Under the pieces are notes generated by a model. That model saw nothing but the letters and a program-made list of their open reading frames with translations, was not told the DNA's origin and ran no database searches. The translations under genes were made by a program, and so were the position numbers. DNA of 64,000 nucleotides from Sphyrna mokarran (Eukaryota), in assembly GCA_024679065.1 (NCBI GenBank), contig JAGIQG010000016.1, positions 13,516,001-13,580,000 on the forward strand, given 5' to 3'. Shown here piece after piece: positions 38,965-50,577 of this stretch. Positions within the stretch are counted from its first letter, which is position 1; the number at the start of each line of letters is the position of its first letter.

Positions 38965-41045
38965 AAAGAACAAAGAACAAAGAAGAACAAAGAACAAAAC
39001 AGCACGGCAAACTGGCCCTTCGGCCCAACGAGCCCGCGCCGCCACCTCGATGTTCCCACCTCTACCCGCGATCACTGTCCATGTTTATAGGTCTATGGAT
39101 TAAAAACCAAATTTGAAACAATTTAGGGAGAATTTGTTTTGCCAATTAGCCTACGAGCACATCTTTGGGATGTGGGAGGAAACCGGAGCACCCGGAGAAA
39201 ACCCACGCAAGCACAGGGAGAATGCGCAAACTCCCCCAGACACAGGCCCAAATCCATGTATTTGCATAGCATAGCGATACTCACTGAGCTGTCGTGTTGC
39301 CCATCAAATGGTCCAGGTCTAGCGTATACTAACGACGTGTAGCACTAGGATACTCTCGAAAAAAAACAATCCAAGAGCAGCGTTCTCACGACCCATCGCG
39401 TGTATGCCCCTCGTTAGACAACAAGATGACCAAAGCACCTGTAGAATAAAAACAAGTACACCAACGTCATCATCTATTTACACACTTCCCAGGGACTCCC
39501 AAGTCTCATGATCCCTATTTTAAATCAATTTTCTATATCCCTCCATTCCCATTCTGTTCATGTGCCCATCTAAGTATTTCTTAAATAACTCCAGATTACC
39601 TGCCTCCACCACTTTACTGGGCAGCTCATTCCATACCCCCACCACCCTCTGTGTGAAAAAAACTCCCTCTCGCATCCAAATTATACCTTAGCCCCCTCAC
39701 CCTAAGCCCGTGACCCCTTGTGCTATTCAAGTCCATCCAAGGAAAAAGCTTAGCCTTGTTTACTCTATCTAGACCCTCATAATCTTGTACACCTCTGTTA
39801 GATCTCCTCTAAGTCTATGTCTTTCTGAGGCAAACAGTCCCAATTTGCCTAACCTCTCCTCGTAACTCAGACCTTCCATACCAGGCAGCATCCTGGTAAA
39901 CCTCCTCTGCACTCTCTCCAGAGTCTCCACGTCCTTCCGGCAGTAGGGCGACCAGAACTGAACGCAGTATTCCAAATGAGGTCTAACCAACGTTTTATAC
40001 AACTGCAACATTAAAGGCCAGCTCATGTAATCTATACACCTTCCTATAAGGGCTAACATACTATATGCTTCTCCACTTCACAACCTTCTCCACTTGCTCT
40101 GCCACCTTCAGAGACTTCTTCACCTGCACCCCCGGGTCTCTCTGCGTTTCTATACTCTTAATAGGTCTACCCTTTATCATATACCACCCTCCCCCCCACA
40201 TTCTTTTTCCCGAAATGCATCTCCTCACATTTATCAAGATTAAATTCCATCTGCCAACTGTCTGCCCAAATTACCAGCCTATCTATGTCCTGCTGCATCG
40301 CCTGACAATGCTCCTCACTATCCGCAAGTCCAGCCATCTTTGTATCGTCTGCAAACTTGCTGATCACTCCACCTACTCCCTCTTCCAAGTCATTTATATA
40401 TATTACAAATAGAAGAGGTCCCAGTACCGAGCTCTACGGCACACCAATAGTGACCGACCTCCAGCTTTTTTTTTCCTAATTGGTCGGCGCAACATCGAAG
40501 GCCGAAGGGCCTGTTCTGCGCTGTAATTTTCTATGTTCTATGTTCTATGTTCCAGCTAGAAAAAACGCCCTTCCACTATTACTCTCGTCTCCTATTACCA
40601 ACTCACTTACTTATTCATCTAGCTACCTATCCTTGCATCCCATTCGCCTTGACCTTCTCAACTAACCTCCCATGAGGGACTTTGTCAAACGTCTTACTAA
40701 AATCCATATAGACGACAACAACGGCTCGCCCTTCATCCATCATTTTCGTCACCTCCTCAAAAAATTCTACCAGATTCGTAAGGCACGACCTCCCCTTAAC
40801 AAATCCATGCTGCGTATCCCTAATCAGATCGCAACGCTCTAAGTGTCTATACATCCTATCTCTAAGCATCCCCTCCAACAGCTTCCCTACCACTGACGTC
40901 AAACTCACCGGCCTATAATTTCCAGGGTTATCCCTACTACCCTTTTTAAACAACGGTACAACATTAGCTATTCTCCAGTCCTCTGGGACCTCGCCTGTGT
41001 CCAAGGAAGCTACAAAGATTGCATCAGAGGCCCAGCAATTTCACC
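38965..41045 (-). mobile_element. Relatively young 5'-truncated CR1 LINE with an extended, SINE-containing 3' end
   Basis: Well-preserved RT motifs 'NYRPVSLTSVVGK', 'MDFSKTFDKVPH', 'SKFADDTK' and 'RPHLEYCVQFWSP'. The 3' region contains an HE1-like segment (~39120-39302) and a (TTCTTTG)n tail. Confidence 0.95.
40467..40550 (+). mobile_element. 84-bp CR1 3'-tip nested in the CR1, with a 7-bp target-site duplication
   Basis: TCCAGCT at 40460-40466 and 40551-40557; (TTCTATG)n tail; same tail family as 47598. Confidence 0.85.
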
Positions 41046-42584
41046 TAGCATTTGTAATTATTGAACAGATTTCTTTATTTTAAATGAATCACAATTAATC
41101 AGATTTTCTAAAGAGCACAGACCTGAATTATTGATTGTATTTCGCTCCACTTACATGTTTTTTGTTGAGCATTTCTAGCACAGTCTATTTGTACTCTTGC
41201 TTTATTTTACCTGCAGTAGCCTGATGGTTTTGTACTTTTCATATATAGTGGTATTACTGTGATCTGCACCTTTCTTGAACCTTACGCAGTGCACTAGATA
41301 AATATCTCCTTACAAAGTCCATCAACAGGTATCAATTGGTGAACAACTATTCCCTACTGTGAGCGGGTTGGAGGTGGGTTAATCCGTGGCTGGTGTAAGG
41401 GAGTTTATTTCAAAATGTCTTGTATCTTTTGAGTGAAATAATGAAAAGCTAGTTCCAATTGAATTGTGATTAGTGGCTAATATGAGTGGTGTGATCGAAT
41501 TCCTCGAATAATATACTTATTTTGCTGGGTGTAAAGAAAAGACAAAGCAAATGACCTTCAATTTCTCAACAAGTACAAACGTGCGCGTCATTGTTCCCAC
41601 ATTTGTGAATTAAAACGAAAAAAGATTTTCTCACATGGCAATTAAAATGAGTAACGATCAACTGGTGCAGGAATTTTCGGAAACGAATTTGTATTCATGT
41701 GAAAGTTAAGTACGTTAACAGAAACACTGTCTGAAATGATTTGCCAGCAGTGCAACTGCAAGTCAAATTGGACGAGGCGATGCTCTCCACACAGCATTTG
41801 GGCCGAACATATTTTTGTAGCTCCATTATGCTGAATTTTTCTGAGATATTACCTTGCAACAGTTTTATGTAATATTGTCAATGATGGTCAAAAGAGAGTG
41901 GAAGCAATTGCACATCACAGTGTTAGCGGGTACTTTTTGTGTGATTGTTTCAGGACAATAGTGTTTTAAAATACTCAAGACGCTATGTATCATCAGAATC
42001 CGTGAATGAATTAACTTCCTCACTGATAGAACAATGCAATCTTGTGGAAAGTGTTCAGCAGCCATTTCCTTTCATGCATCATGTATATAAAAAAATCATT
42101 GTTTCCTTCCCATACAGAAGTTAACCAGACGAAGCTCTTGGCAGGTACAATGCGTCACTATGTCTGCATTGCGTTATTTCATACTCAGGAACAATCTGCT
42201 ACATTTGATTTTGGCGATGCCTTAAATTATCTGCATGGTCAATACATGTTAATGGAAAACACAACTTTCGAATACTAGATGCCCGTGTGTATCGCAGAAC
42301 ATGCACTGAAAGCCAAACACAAAGTATGTGCCGACATTCCAATTGTGCATTAAACATGAAAAAGAACATAATTCTGCATGGAGAAAAGTGGTTTTCCGTA
42401 TTTTGGCAAATATGTTTTCTTCAAATGAACAGGTTTTTTTTTACCAGAGGCGATTGATAGTATTGAAAACAAAAGAAACACTGATGCCCCAATTCAAAAA
42501 TTAACTCAATGGTGGACACAACATACAAAGGGAACAATAATGGCATCGGCCATTTGGGTAAATATCGATATTCGCCATTGTGTT

Positions 42585-42880
42585 ATTTTCTTTGTCTCCC
42601 TCCTCTTCGTCTTCTTCTTCGTTTTCTTCTTCTTTGTCTTATTCTTCGTCTTCTTCTTCTCCTCCTCCTCCTCGGCCTCCTTCTTCCAGTCTTTCCACAG
42701 CTTCTTTTTTTTTCATCTGGAGTTCATTTTTCATCGTAATCGTACGTTCTCCCTATCTCTGTCTTCCCTTTTTCTCCCTCCTCCCCTCATTCTACTTCTC
42801 TGTCTCCTCCTCCTCTTATTTTTTCTACTTCTTCCTCTTTTTGTTCATCTTCTTCTTCCTATTCTTCTTATCTCACTTAC
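42585..42880. repeat. CT/CTT-rich low-complexity repeat
   Basis: Read directly; it explains the spurious Leu/Phe/Ser-rich ORFs here. Confidence 0.95.
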
Positions 42881-43798
42881 TGAATGTTCTCTGATGTCTA
42901 CAATGCTAAATCCCTTGACACTAACTGTGGTAGTGTTGCTAAAGTTCGTTCAGATAGATTAGTACGTAATGCAAATACTGCGGAGCTCCATATCAAAATG
43001 CAATCATAAATTGGCATTGCAAATGACAAAAAGGCGACCAGAACACTTCCGAGGCAACCAACTCGGATTACCGCTAGGAGCAGACTGATTATTAAAAAGC
43101 GCACGACGACCCTCCAATCCTAACTTTATAAGCACTTACACACATTAGCCACCGATCAACTAGTTCCAACAGACCCATTTATTTAGTTAGCCCTCACTGC
43201 CCTGTAACAATCTGCCTATATCATCACATGCACACTGAAAACTTCAAGCAATTACCCATGTAAGCATTCAGACTTAATTAGCTCAGCCAATCTGACAATT
43301 TATTCTTCCCATTTACTTATGTATTCATTCTTATTTGAAGTTTTTTTTTACTGGGAGGTAACTGTAACTCATGTCATCATCAGTGTCTGCCTGTCCTTTC
43401 CTATGTCCATTCAGTTTTAATGGATGCCCTTAGGAAACGCTGGGCAGGCTGGGAGCACTAAGGCCCGCACAGCATCGGAGCTGAGAAGCAGTCTTGTGGC
43501 AATCAACTAACGAGCCTTTGCACGACTTTAACGGCAACAGTAAACTCAAAGTAGGGAATATATCAAGAAACGTGATATTATTCTTCAGAAAACCGCACTG
43601 TCAAGCTGATGAAAAAATGCAATTATCTATGTGGGTTATCGCACTCTAAAAAGTTACCACTAGATATCACGCAATAGAAAATTTCTCCAGTGATATCTAT
43701 CTACATGTAGCATGCATTTCTTATGTCCAAATTTGTCGATATAGATAGCACATTTTCACAGAACATCATAAATTGCTAAAACTCTTTTTTATGTTTAG

Positions 43799-43825
43799 AC
43801 TACGAGGAGCTGAAGAAGAAGTGCA
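43799..43825 (+). CDS. Microexon type A, 27 nt, phase 1-1: (D)YEELKKKC
   Basis: ctcttttttatgtttag|ACTACGAGGAGCTGAAGAAGAAGTGCA|gtaagt. Confidence 0.85.
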
Positions 43826-44204
43826 GTAAGTATCATTTAATATGACCATGTCTCTGATCAAAGTTTACAACGTCACATCCGCGAAAATATTACCCCTGGA
43901 TTCTACTATGTGTTATGTTTCCGAAAAAAATGCAGCCAAAATATATCATAGGTTTAATTATTGGCAAGTTGACTCCAGCTGAATGTCCTATTTTAAAAGC
44001 AATAGAAATGCCTTTCTATTCAGTTCTTACGATTTCCTTTGGCATTTGCTGCAACATGGTCTGGAAGAGTTTAGGTGGACTTATTAGTTTGGTAGCAAAT
44101 TTAGTAATGCCCAACGTTCGGATCCACAAGTCTCTCGATTCAGGATGACTTCAATTCTGTCAACTTAAACAATTCTAATGCCGAATTAAAATTACCGAAT
44201 TTTT

Positions 44205-44485
44205 AGTTAGTATCCCTACCTCACAGATCTAATGACACGGGTTCGATTCAGGCCCCGGTTGTTTGCCCGTTTGGAATTCGTACTTTCTCCCCGTTTCTCT
44301 GTGAGTTTCCTTTGGCTGATCCGGTTTCCTCCTAAGCTCCACTGATGTGCGAATTACGTGGTTAGCAATGCGAATTTGCCCAATTCGTCAAGCGGCCTAA
44401 CGGTGTGGAATGACGAGGATGGAGTCTGGATGTGACTGTTACTGCTGCAGTCTCAATGGGCCAAATGAACTTCCTCTGCACGGTA
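44205..44485 (+). mobile_element. Old HE1-like SINE
   Basis: B-box 'gggttcgattc' and V-domain; paralog of 29570-29885. Confidence 0.8.
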
Positions 44486-44489
44486 GATA

Positions 44490-44612
44490 CAAAGAACAAA
44501 GAACAAACAATAAAACAACACGGGTAACGGACCCTTCGGCTCAACGAGCCCGCGCCGCCACCCCGATGTTCCCACCTCTACCCGTGATCCCTGTCCATGT
44601 TTATAGATCTAT
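44490..44612 (-). mobile_element. Short 3' tip of the SINE-tailed CR1 family
   Basis: Nearly identical to 38965-39095. Confidence 0.85.
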
Positions 44613-45658
44613 GCAACTCTAGAATTTTATAAAATAACAATGCTGGAAATGCAGGTGTGGAACATCGCTAAAATTTAACAGAAATGTATTGTGTCAGGGC
44701 GATGATTAGGAGCGCCCTGAATTCCCCTTATGCATCAGTACCGAGAGTCTGTCATAATTCGCATTTGAAGTTCGTATTCACGGTTTTCTACGGCTGCAGC
44801 GCTTGACTACTCACACAAGTTTCCATACGTCTTGACTATTCGCATTTAGATAACAGCACATTACCCATGTCATTCTTAAATTTTGTGCAGTACAGTGGAT
44901 AAAGCTATTTTGCCTCGAATATGAACCATTTAGTGAGTAAATATACTTCACATAATGGCTGAACAGGTGCAAATTATGCATATCACTTCCGTTATTCTAA
45001 TGGAGTTTAAAAAAAGTAACGAGAGAGAACTTAAGTCAGGGACTGTGGGTCATGAATATTAAAGGTGCAGATATTACTCTTAATGAAAGAACCGATTCTT
45101 TCTCTTGGATAAATGGAGTGAACAAGGTTCCATTTCTGAGAATGTGCAATTTTCCGTGTAAAATTTACATCAACTGGCAATTAAAACAGAAATTCATCTC
45201 TCTAATAGACAATGGGGCAGACTGAAATAGAATGTTTCCAAAATCGTGCTGTTAAGGAGACACTGATAGACGCGTTTTGCGGGCGGTGCTGGTAGATGTC
45301 GAATGGGGGAAGATCAAGGTGCGGCATTTATTCATCGAAAGAGCTTTTGAGTCGAGCAGATGATTTCGGCGTCAAAGTGTTTTTTTTTGTACATTCATTT
45401 GTGGCCTTGAAAAAATGTCTTATCTTCGAATTTCGTCGTAATTCAGGCAAAGACATAGTACTTGACCGAATTGCAGAACACAGATATTAGCAAGCAGTTG
45501 TGTTGTTTGCTGCCGATTGCAATTTAAAGTAATTTCGCACTGAATAGCGCAGGCCATATTGAAACGAATTAACTTATAATGGCCGAAATCTTTCCTATGG
45601 TAAGTGATATGCTATTGTTGATGGCACATATCTAAGACTATACTCCGTTATCTTGCAG

Positions 45659-45685
45659 AGGAGGACCAAGAAACAAATGAGTCAG
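45659..45685 (+). CDS. Microexon type B, 27 nt, phase 1-1: (K)EDQETNES
   Basis: ccgttatcttgcag|AGGAGGACCAAGAAACAAATGAGTCAG|gtaaaa. Confidence 0.8.
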
Positions 45686-46552
45686 GTAAAATATAACATC
45701 CAATCTGCTCATTTTAATTTATTAATAGAGAACAAAGTGGTGGATATCGGCTTGTTGACAGCTTACAATAATCATATGGTATGTGCCAGTAATATTTTAA
45801 TGACTAACACTCAGCAACAAACATCGAGTTAATCATGATGCACCATCGCAAATAGAGAAATCTGAACACAACTATTTACCACCATTCCCTCGTCTCTAGC
45901 GCCGGAGAAGTGCTGCACTATTGGAGATAATTATTTCTTCATAAATAAAGAACTGTCGTTCTTTATTTCTCAGCGAAAACATGTGCGCAATCCCTCAATC
46001 CAGGACCTGATGTGTAAATTTCTGCATAAGAATGTTTGGCACAACAATAACGTTAACTTGAACAAAAAGTGAACTTTTAAAGAAATTAACCGCTTTGAGT
46101 ACTACAGCGTCATAACAATGCGTTGCTACATTTCTTTTAATCATTTGGCTGGGTGTTCGAGATTTACTTCCGTTTTATCTGATATGTGATGGTCAGGAAG
46201 TTTACAAACTCGGACAGTTAAACAAAACACATTTGCACTCGATACGGGAGAGAACATTGACTGTACCATTCCCCCAGTTGACAGTTTTATTGCAATATAA
46301 ACCGATCTTCACCTTAGAGAGAACACGCAAAAACCTGCGTAATCATTCGGCGGATAATAATGAACATGCAGAAACTGCCGTGAGATTATGAGTTGTGCAA
46401 TCAAATGGAAATATTCATGACCAGCAGGATTGTTGTGAAATGACGTAATAACTAATAACGTTGTGCCATAACGGTAAGATATTTTAACTGATAAAGCGTT
46501 GCCTTGGGAAAAAGGACGGAATGAGTTTGAAAAACTGACACTTTTTTTTCAG

Positions 46553-46588
46553 AGATAAAAGTGCTCAAGGAAAAAGCCAAATTATTAG
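46553..46588 (+). CDS. Microexon type C, 36 nt, phase 1-1: (E)IKVLKEKAKLL
   Basis: cttttttttcag|AGATAAAAGTGCTCAAGGAAAAAGCCAAATTATTAG|gtgagg. Confidence 0.85.
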
Positions 46589-46809
46589 GTGAGGAAAATA
46601 TTAAATTGGCAAGAAAAAAAACAATAAATTCGATTCATCCACGGACGTTTTTATATGTCGAAAATTCAAACTTATCTATGTTATTCTGGTATATAATTAT
46701 GGATTGGATATTAAAATGGTGAGCATATCATGAGGGGGTCCGTTTTGTTGAGATTTGTTGAGGGTACATCAGCAAAATGTAAAGAAAAAAGTTGTGAATT
46801 GATCTAAAA

Positions 46810-49800
46810 TATTATTGACACGTATATTAACATACAGTGAAAAATACTGTTCCTTGGCGCTACACAGACAAAACTTGCCATTCATATAGAAGCGAACTCG
46901 AGAATGCAGAATGTAGTGTTGCAGACATAGCCAGGGCGTGGAGAATGATCAACGTAAAGTCAGTTCCATTCAATAGCACAACAGCAGCAGGGAAAAATAT
47001 GTTCTTGAATCGATTGGTACATGTCCTCAGACTTTTGTATCCTTTTCCCGAAGGAAGAAGATAGAAGAGAAAATGCCCCTTGTACGAGAGGTTCTTAAGT
47101 ATGCTGGCTGCTTTGCCGAGGCAGCAAGAAGTGTAGAGAGAGTCAATGGATGGGAGGCTGGCTTGGACGATGGATTGGGCTACATTCACGACCTTTTCCA
47201 GTTTCGTGCTGTCATGTGCAGAGCAGCAGTCACACCAAGCTGTGATAAAACCAGAAAGATTGTTTTCTATGATCTATTTCTAAAAATTGGTGAGATTCGT
47301 TGCTAGCATGCCAAATTTCCTATGCCTCCTGAGAAAGTAGAGGCGTTGATGGGCTTTCTTAACTATAGCATCGGCATGGGACTCCAGGACAGGTTGTTGG
47401 TAATCTACCCACCTAAAAACTTGAAGCTCTCGACACGTCCCACTTCATCCTCGTTTATTAGATAGGAGCATGTTCTCCTTTATGATTCTTGTAGTCGATA
47501 ACAATTTCCTTCGTTTTGTTAACATTGAGAGAGAGATTATTTTTGCAGTATCAGTTCACCAAATTCTCTGTCTCATCGCTGTAATCTGCCTCCGCATTAG
47601 AACATAGAACATAGAACATTACAGCACAGAACAGGCCCTTCGGCCTTCGATGTTGCGCCGACCAATATAAAAAGCAATGCCCCTCCAAACTAAACCATTC
47701 CCTTCTCTTCCATATACTTATCAACTAAACTCTTAAACGCCACCAAACTTGGCGCATCTACAACTGCTGCAGGCAGGCATTCCACTCCCGAACCACCCTT
47801 TGGGTAAAGAACCTACCTCTGATATCCGTCCTATAACTATCACCCCTTAATTTAAAGCTGTGTCCCCTCGTGCTAGCTTTCTCCATCCTAGGAAAAGGCT
47901 ATCACTGTCCACCCTATCTAAACCTCTAATCATCTTATATGCGTCAATAAGATCCCCTCTTAGCCGCCTCCTTTCTAACGAAAACAACCTCAAATCCTTC
48001 AACCTCTCTTCATAGGACCTGCCCTCCATACCAGGCACATCCTGGTAAACCTCCTCTGTACCCTCTCCAATGCCTCCACATCTTTCTTATAATGTGGCGA
48101 CCAGAACTGCACACAATAGTCCAAGTGCGGCCGCACTAGAGTTTTGTACAGTTGCAACATGACGTTGCGGCTCCGAAATTCAATCCCTCTACCAATAAAA
48201 GCCAAGACTCCATATGCCTTCCTAACAACCTTCTCGACCTGACTGCCTACTTTCAGGGATCTATGCACATACACACCAAGATCCTTCTGTTCATCTAGAC
48301 TACTAAGAATCCTACCATTTGCCCTATACTCTACACATTTATTATTTCTGCCATAGTGCATTACCTCACACTTTTCCACATTAAACTCCATTTGCCACCT
48401 CTCGGCCCATCTCTGCAACTTGTCCAAGTCCCTCTGCAAACTATAACACCCCTCTTCAATATCTACCACTCCACCGACTTTAGTGTCATCTGCAAATTTA
48501 CTAATCCATCCTTCAATACCCTCATCCAGATCATTTATAAAAATTACAAACAGCAGGGGCACCAAAACAGATCCCTGAGGTACACTACTTGTCACCGAAC
48601 TCCAAGATGAATATCTCCCATCAACCACCACCCTCTGTCTTCTATCTGCTAGCCAATTCCTAACCCAATTAGCTAAATCACCTTCTATCCTATACATCTG
48701 CATTTTCTGCAGAAGTCTTCCATGGGCCACCTTATCAAACGCCTTACTAAAGTCCATATATACCACATCAACCGCCTTACCCCCAGCCACCTCCTTAGTC
48801 ACTTTTTCAAAAAACTCAATGAGGTTAGTAAGGCACGACCTACCCTTCACAAGACCATGCTGACTATCCCCAATCAATTCATTTCTCTCTAAATAACTAT
48901 AAATCCTATCCCTAATAATTCTCTCCAATACCTTGCCCACAACAGAAGTAAGACTCATGGCCTATAATTCCCTGGAAGGTCTCTCTTCCCCTTCTTAAAC
49001 AATGGGACCACATTCGCTATCCTCCAGTCCTCCGGAACCACACCCGTAACCAACGAGGACCTGAAGATCAGAGCCAGAGGGTCTGCAATCTCCTCTCTTG
49101 CCTCCCAGAGAATCCTAGGGTAAATCCCGTCCGGCCCAGGGGACTTATCCAACTTCAAACCCTCGAGAATATCTAGCACATCCTCCCTATCTACTTCAAT
49201 ACTTTCCAGTTTGCAACCCTGTACCTCAGTGTTCCCCATAACTACATTTACATCACCCTGCGTGAATACCGAAGAGAAATATTTATTCAGTGCCTCTCCA
49301 ATCTCTTCAGGCTCCACGCACAACTTCCCACTGCTGTCTATGACTGGCCTAATCTTGTCCTAACCAATCTTCTATTCTTAACATATCTAAAGAAAGCTTT
49401 AGGATTCTCCTTAATCCTATCAGCCAAAGTCTTCTCATGTCCTCTCTTTGCTCTCCTCAATTCCCCCTTTAGCTCCCTCCTGGCTAATCTATAGCTATCC
49501 ATTGCACTAACCGGGCCTTCAATCCTCATCCTGACATAAGCCTCCTTTTTCCTTTTAACCAGCAAATCAACTTTTTTCGTACACCAAGGTTCTCTTACAC
49601 GACCATTTCCTCCTTGCCTGACAGGGACATACTTATCAAGGACCCGCAGCAGCTGCTCCTTGAATAAGCTCCACATTCCTGATGTTCCCAGTCCCTGTAG
49701 CTTCCTAGTCCCAATCTATGCACCCTAATTCTCTCCTGATGGCCTCATAATTACCCTTCCCCCAGCTATAACTACTGCCCCCAGCTTCATACCTATCCCT

Positions 49801-50245
49801 ATCCATCACTAAGGTGAACGTAAACGAATTGTGGTCACTATCACCAAAATGTTCACCAACCTCCAAGCCTAACACCTGGTCTGGCTCATTGCCCACTACC
49901 AAATCCAATGTAGCCTCACCTGTAGTTGGCCTATCTACATACTGAGTCAAAAAACCCTCCTGCACACTTTGTACGAAAACTGACCCCTCTAACGAGCTCG
50001 AGCTATAGCTATTCCAATCAATATTAGTAAAGTTAAAGTCCCCCATTACAATTACCCTATCACATTGTCTGTGATCCGAACCAGCATGGTAGGTACGCCA
50101 GTTGACTGGCAAATCGAACTGGAAGGGAATTCGGCCACACAGTCATAGGTGTATAAGGAGTATAGCAGCGGGCTGAAAACAGAGCTTTGTGGAGCACCAG
50201 TGTTGAGGATATTCGTGGAGTAGGTCGGTTGCGAAGAATGTCCAA
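46810..50245 (-). mobile_element. Rex1/Babar-clade LINE, 5'-truncated, split by a CR1 insertion (pieces ~46810-47597 and ~50062-50245)
   Basis: C-terminus 'LLPSGKGYKSLRTCTNRFKNIFFPAAVVLLN'; RT remnant 'GAPQ..SPLLYSLYTYDC' at ~50130-50200. Confidence 0.85.
47598..50061 (-). mobile_element. Young 5'-truncated CR1 LINE (end of endonuclease plus RT, few frameshifts)
   Basis: The 319-aa ORF 47999-48958 has 'VPQGSVLVPLLF' and 'SKFADDTK'; 'MGDFNF' and 'SDHN' are endonuclease motifs; (TTCTATG)n tail. Confidence 0.97.
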
Positions 50246-50562
50246 TTGTCCATTAATAGAGAACTAGCAAATATATCAAGATCTTCCTGAAACATTTGAT
50301 GTCTGCGCTCATTTCTAATAAATTAAACGCAGATAATTTGCAATAAAAATGGCGGTGCATTAGTTATATTCTCCAGGATCAGCGATGACTTTTGAGAAGA
50401 GTTGGCTCAAAGTGCTCCATATGTCTCAAAGTACACAATAAGCACCATTTGCCCATTGTTTTTATCCGCTGTTCGTGCTTGTGCTCGACGAAAAGTATCA
50501 TGTTGGGCAACTGAGAAAGTAAATACTTAGAATTTCTTTCCTCTTTGTAACTTGGTTTCCAG

Positions 50563-50577
50563 ACAAAATCAAGAAAG
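50563..50577 (+). CDS. Microexon type D, 15 nt, phase 1-1: (D)KIKK
   Basis: ctctttgtaacttggtttccag|ACAAAATCAAGAAAG|gtaaag. Confidence 0.65.

Noticed and set aside
42509-42962. Long Leu/Phe/Ser-rich ORFs resembling membrane proteins
   Set aside because: These are translations of a CT-rich microsatellite.
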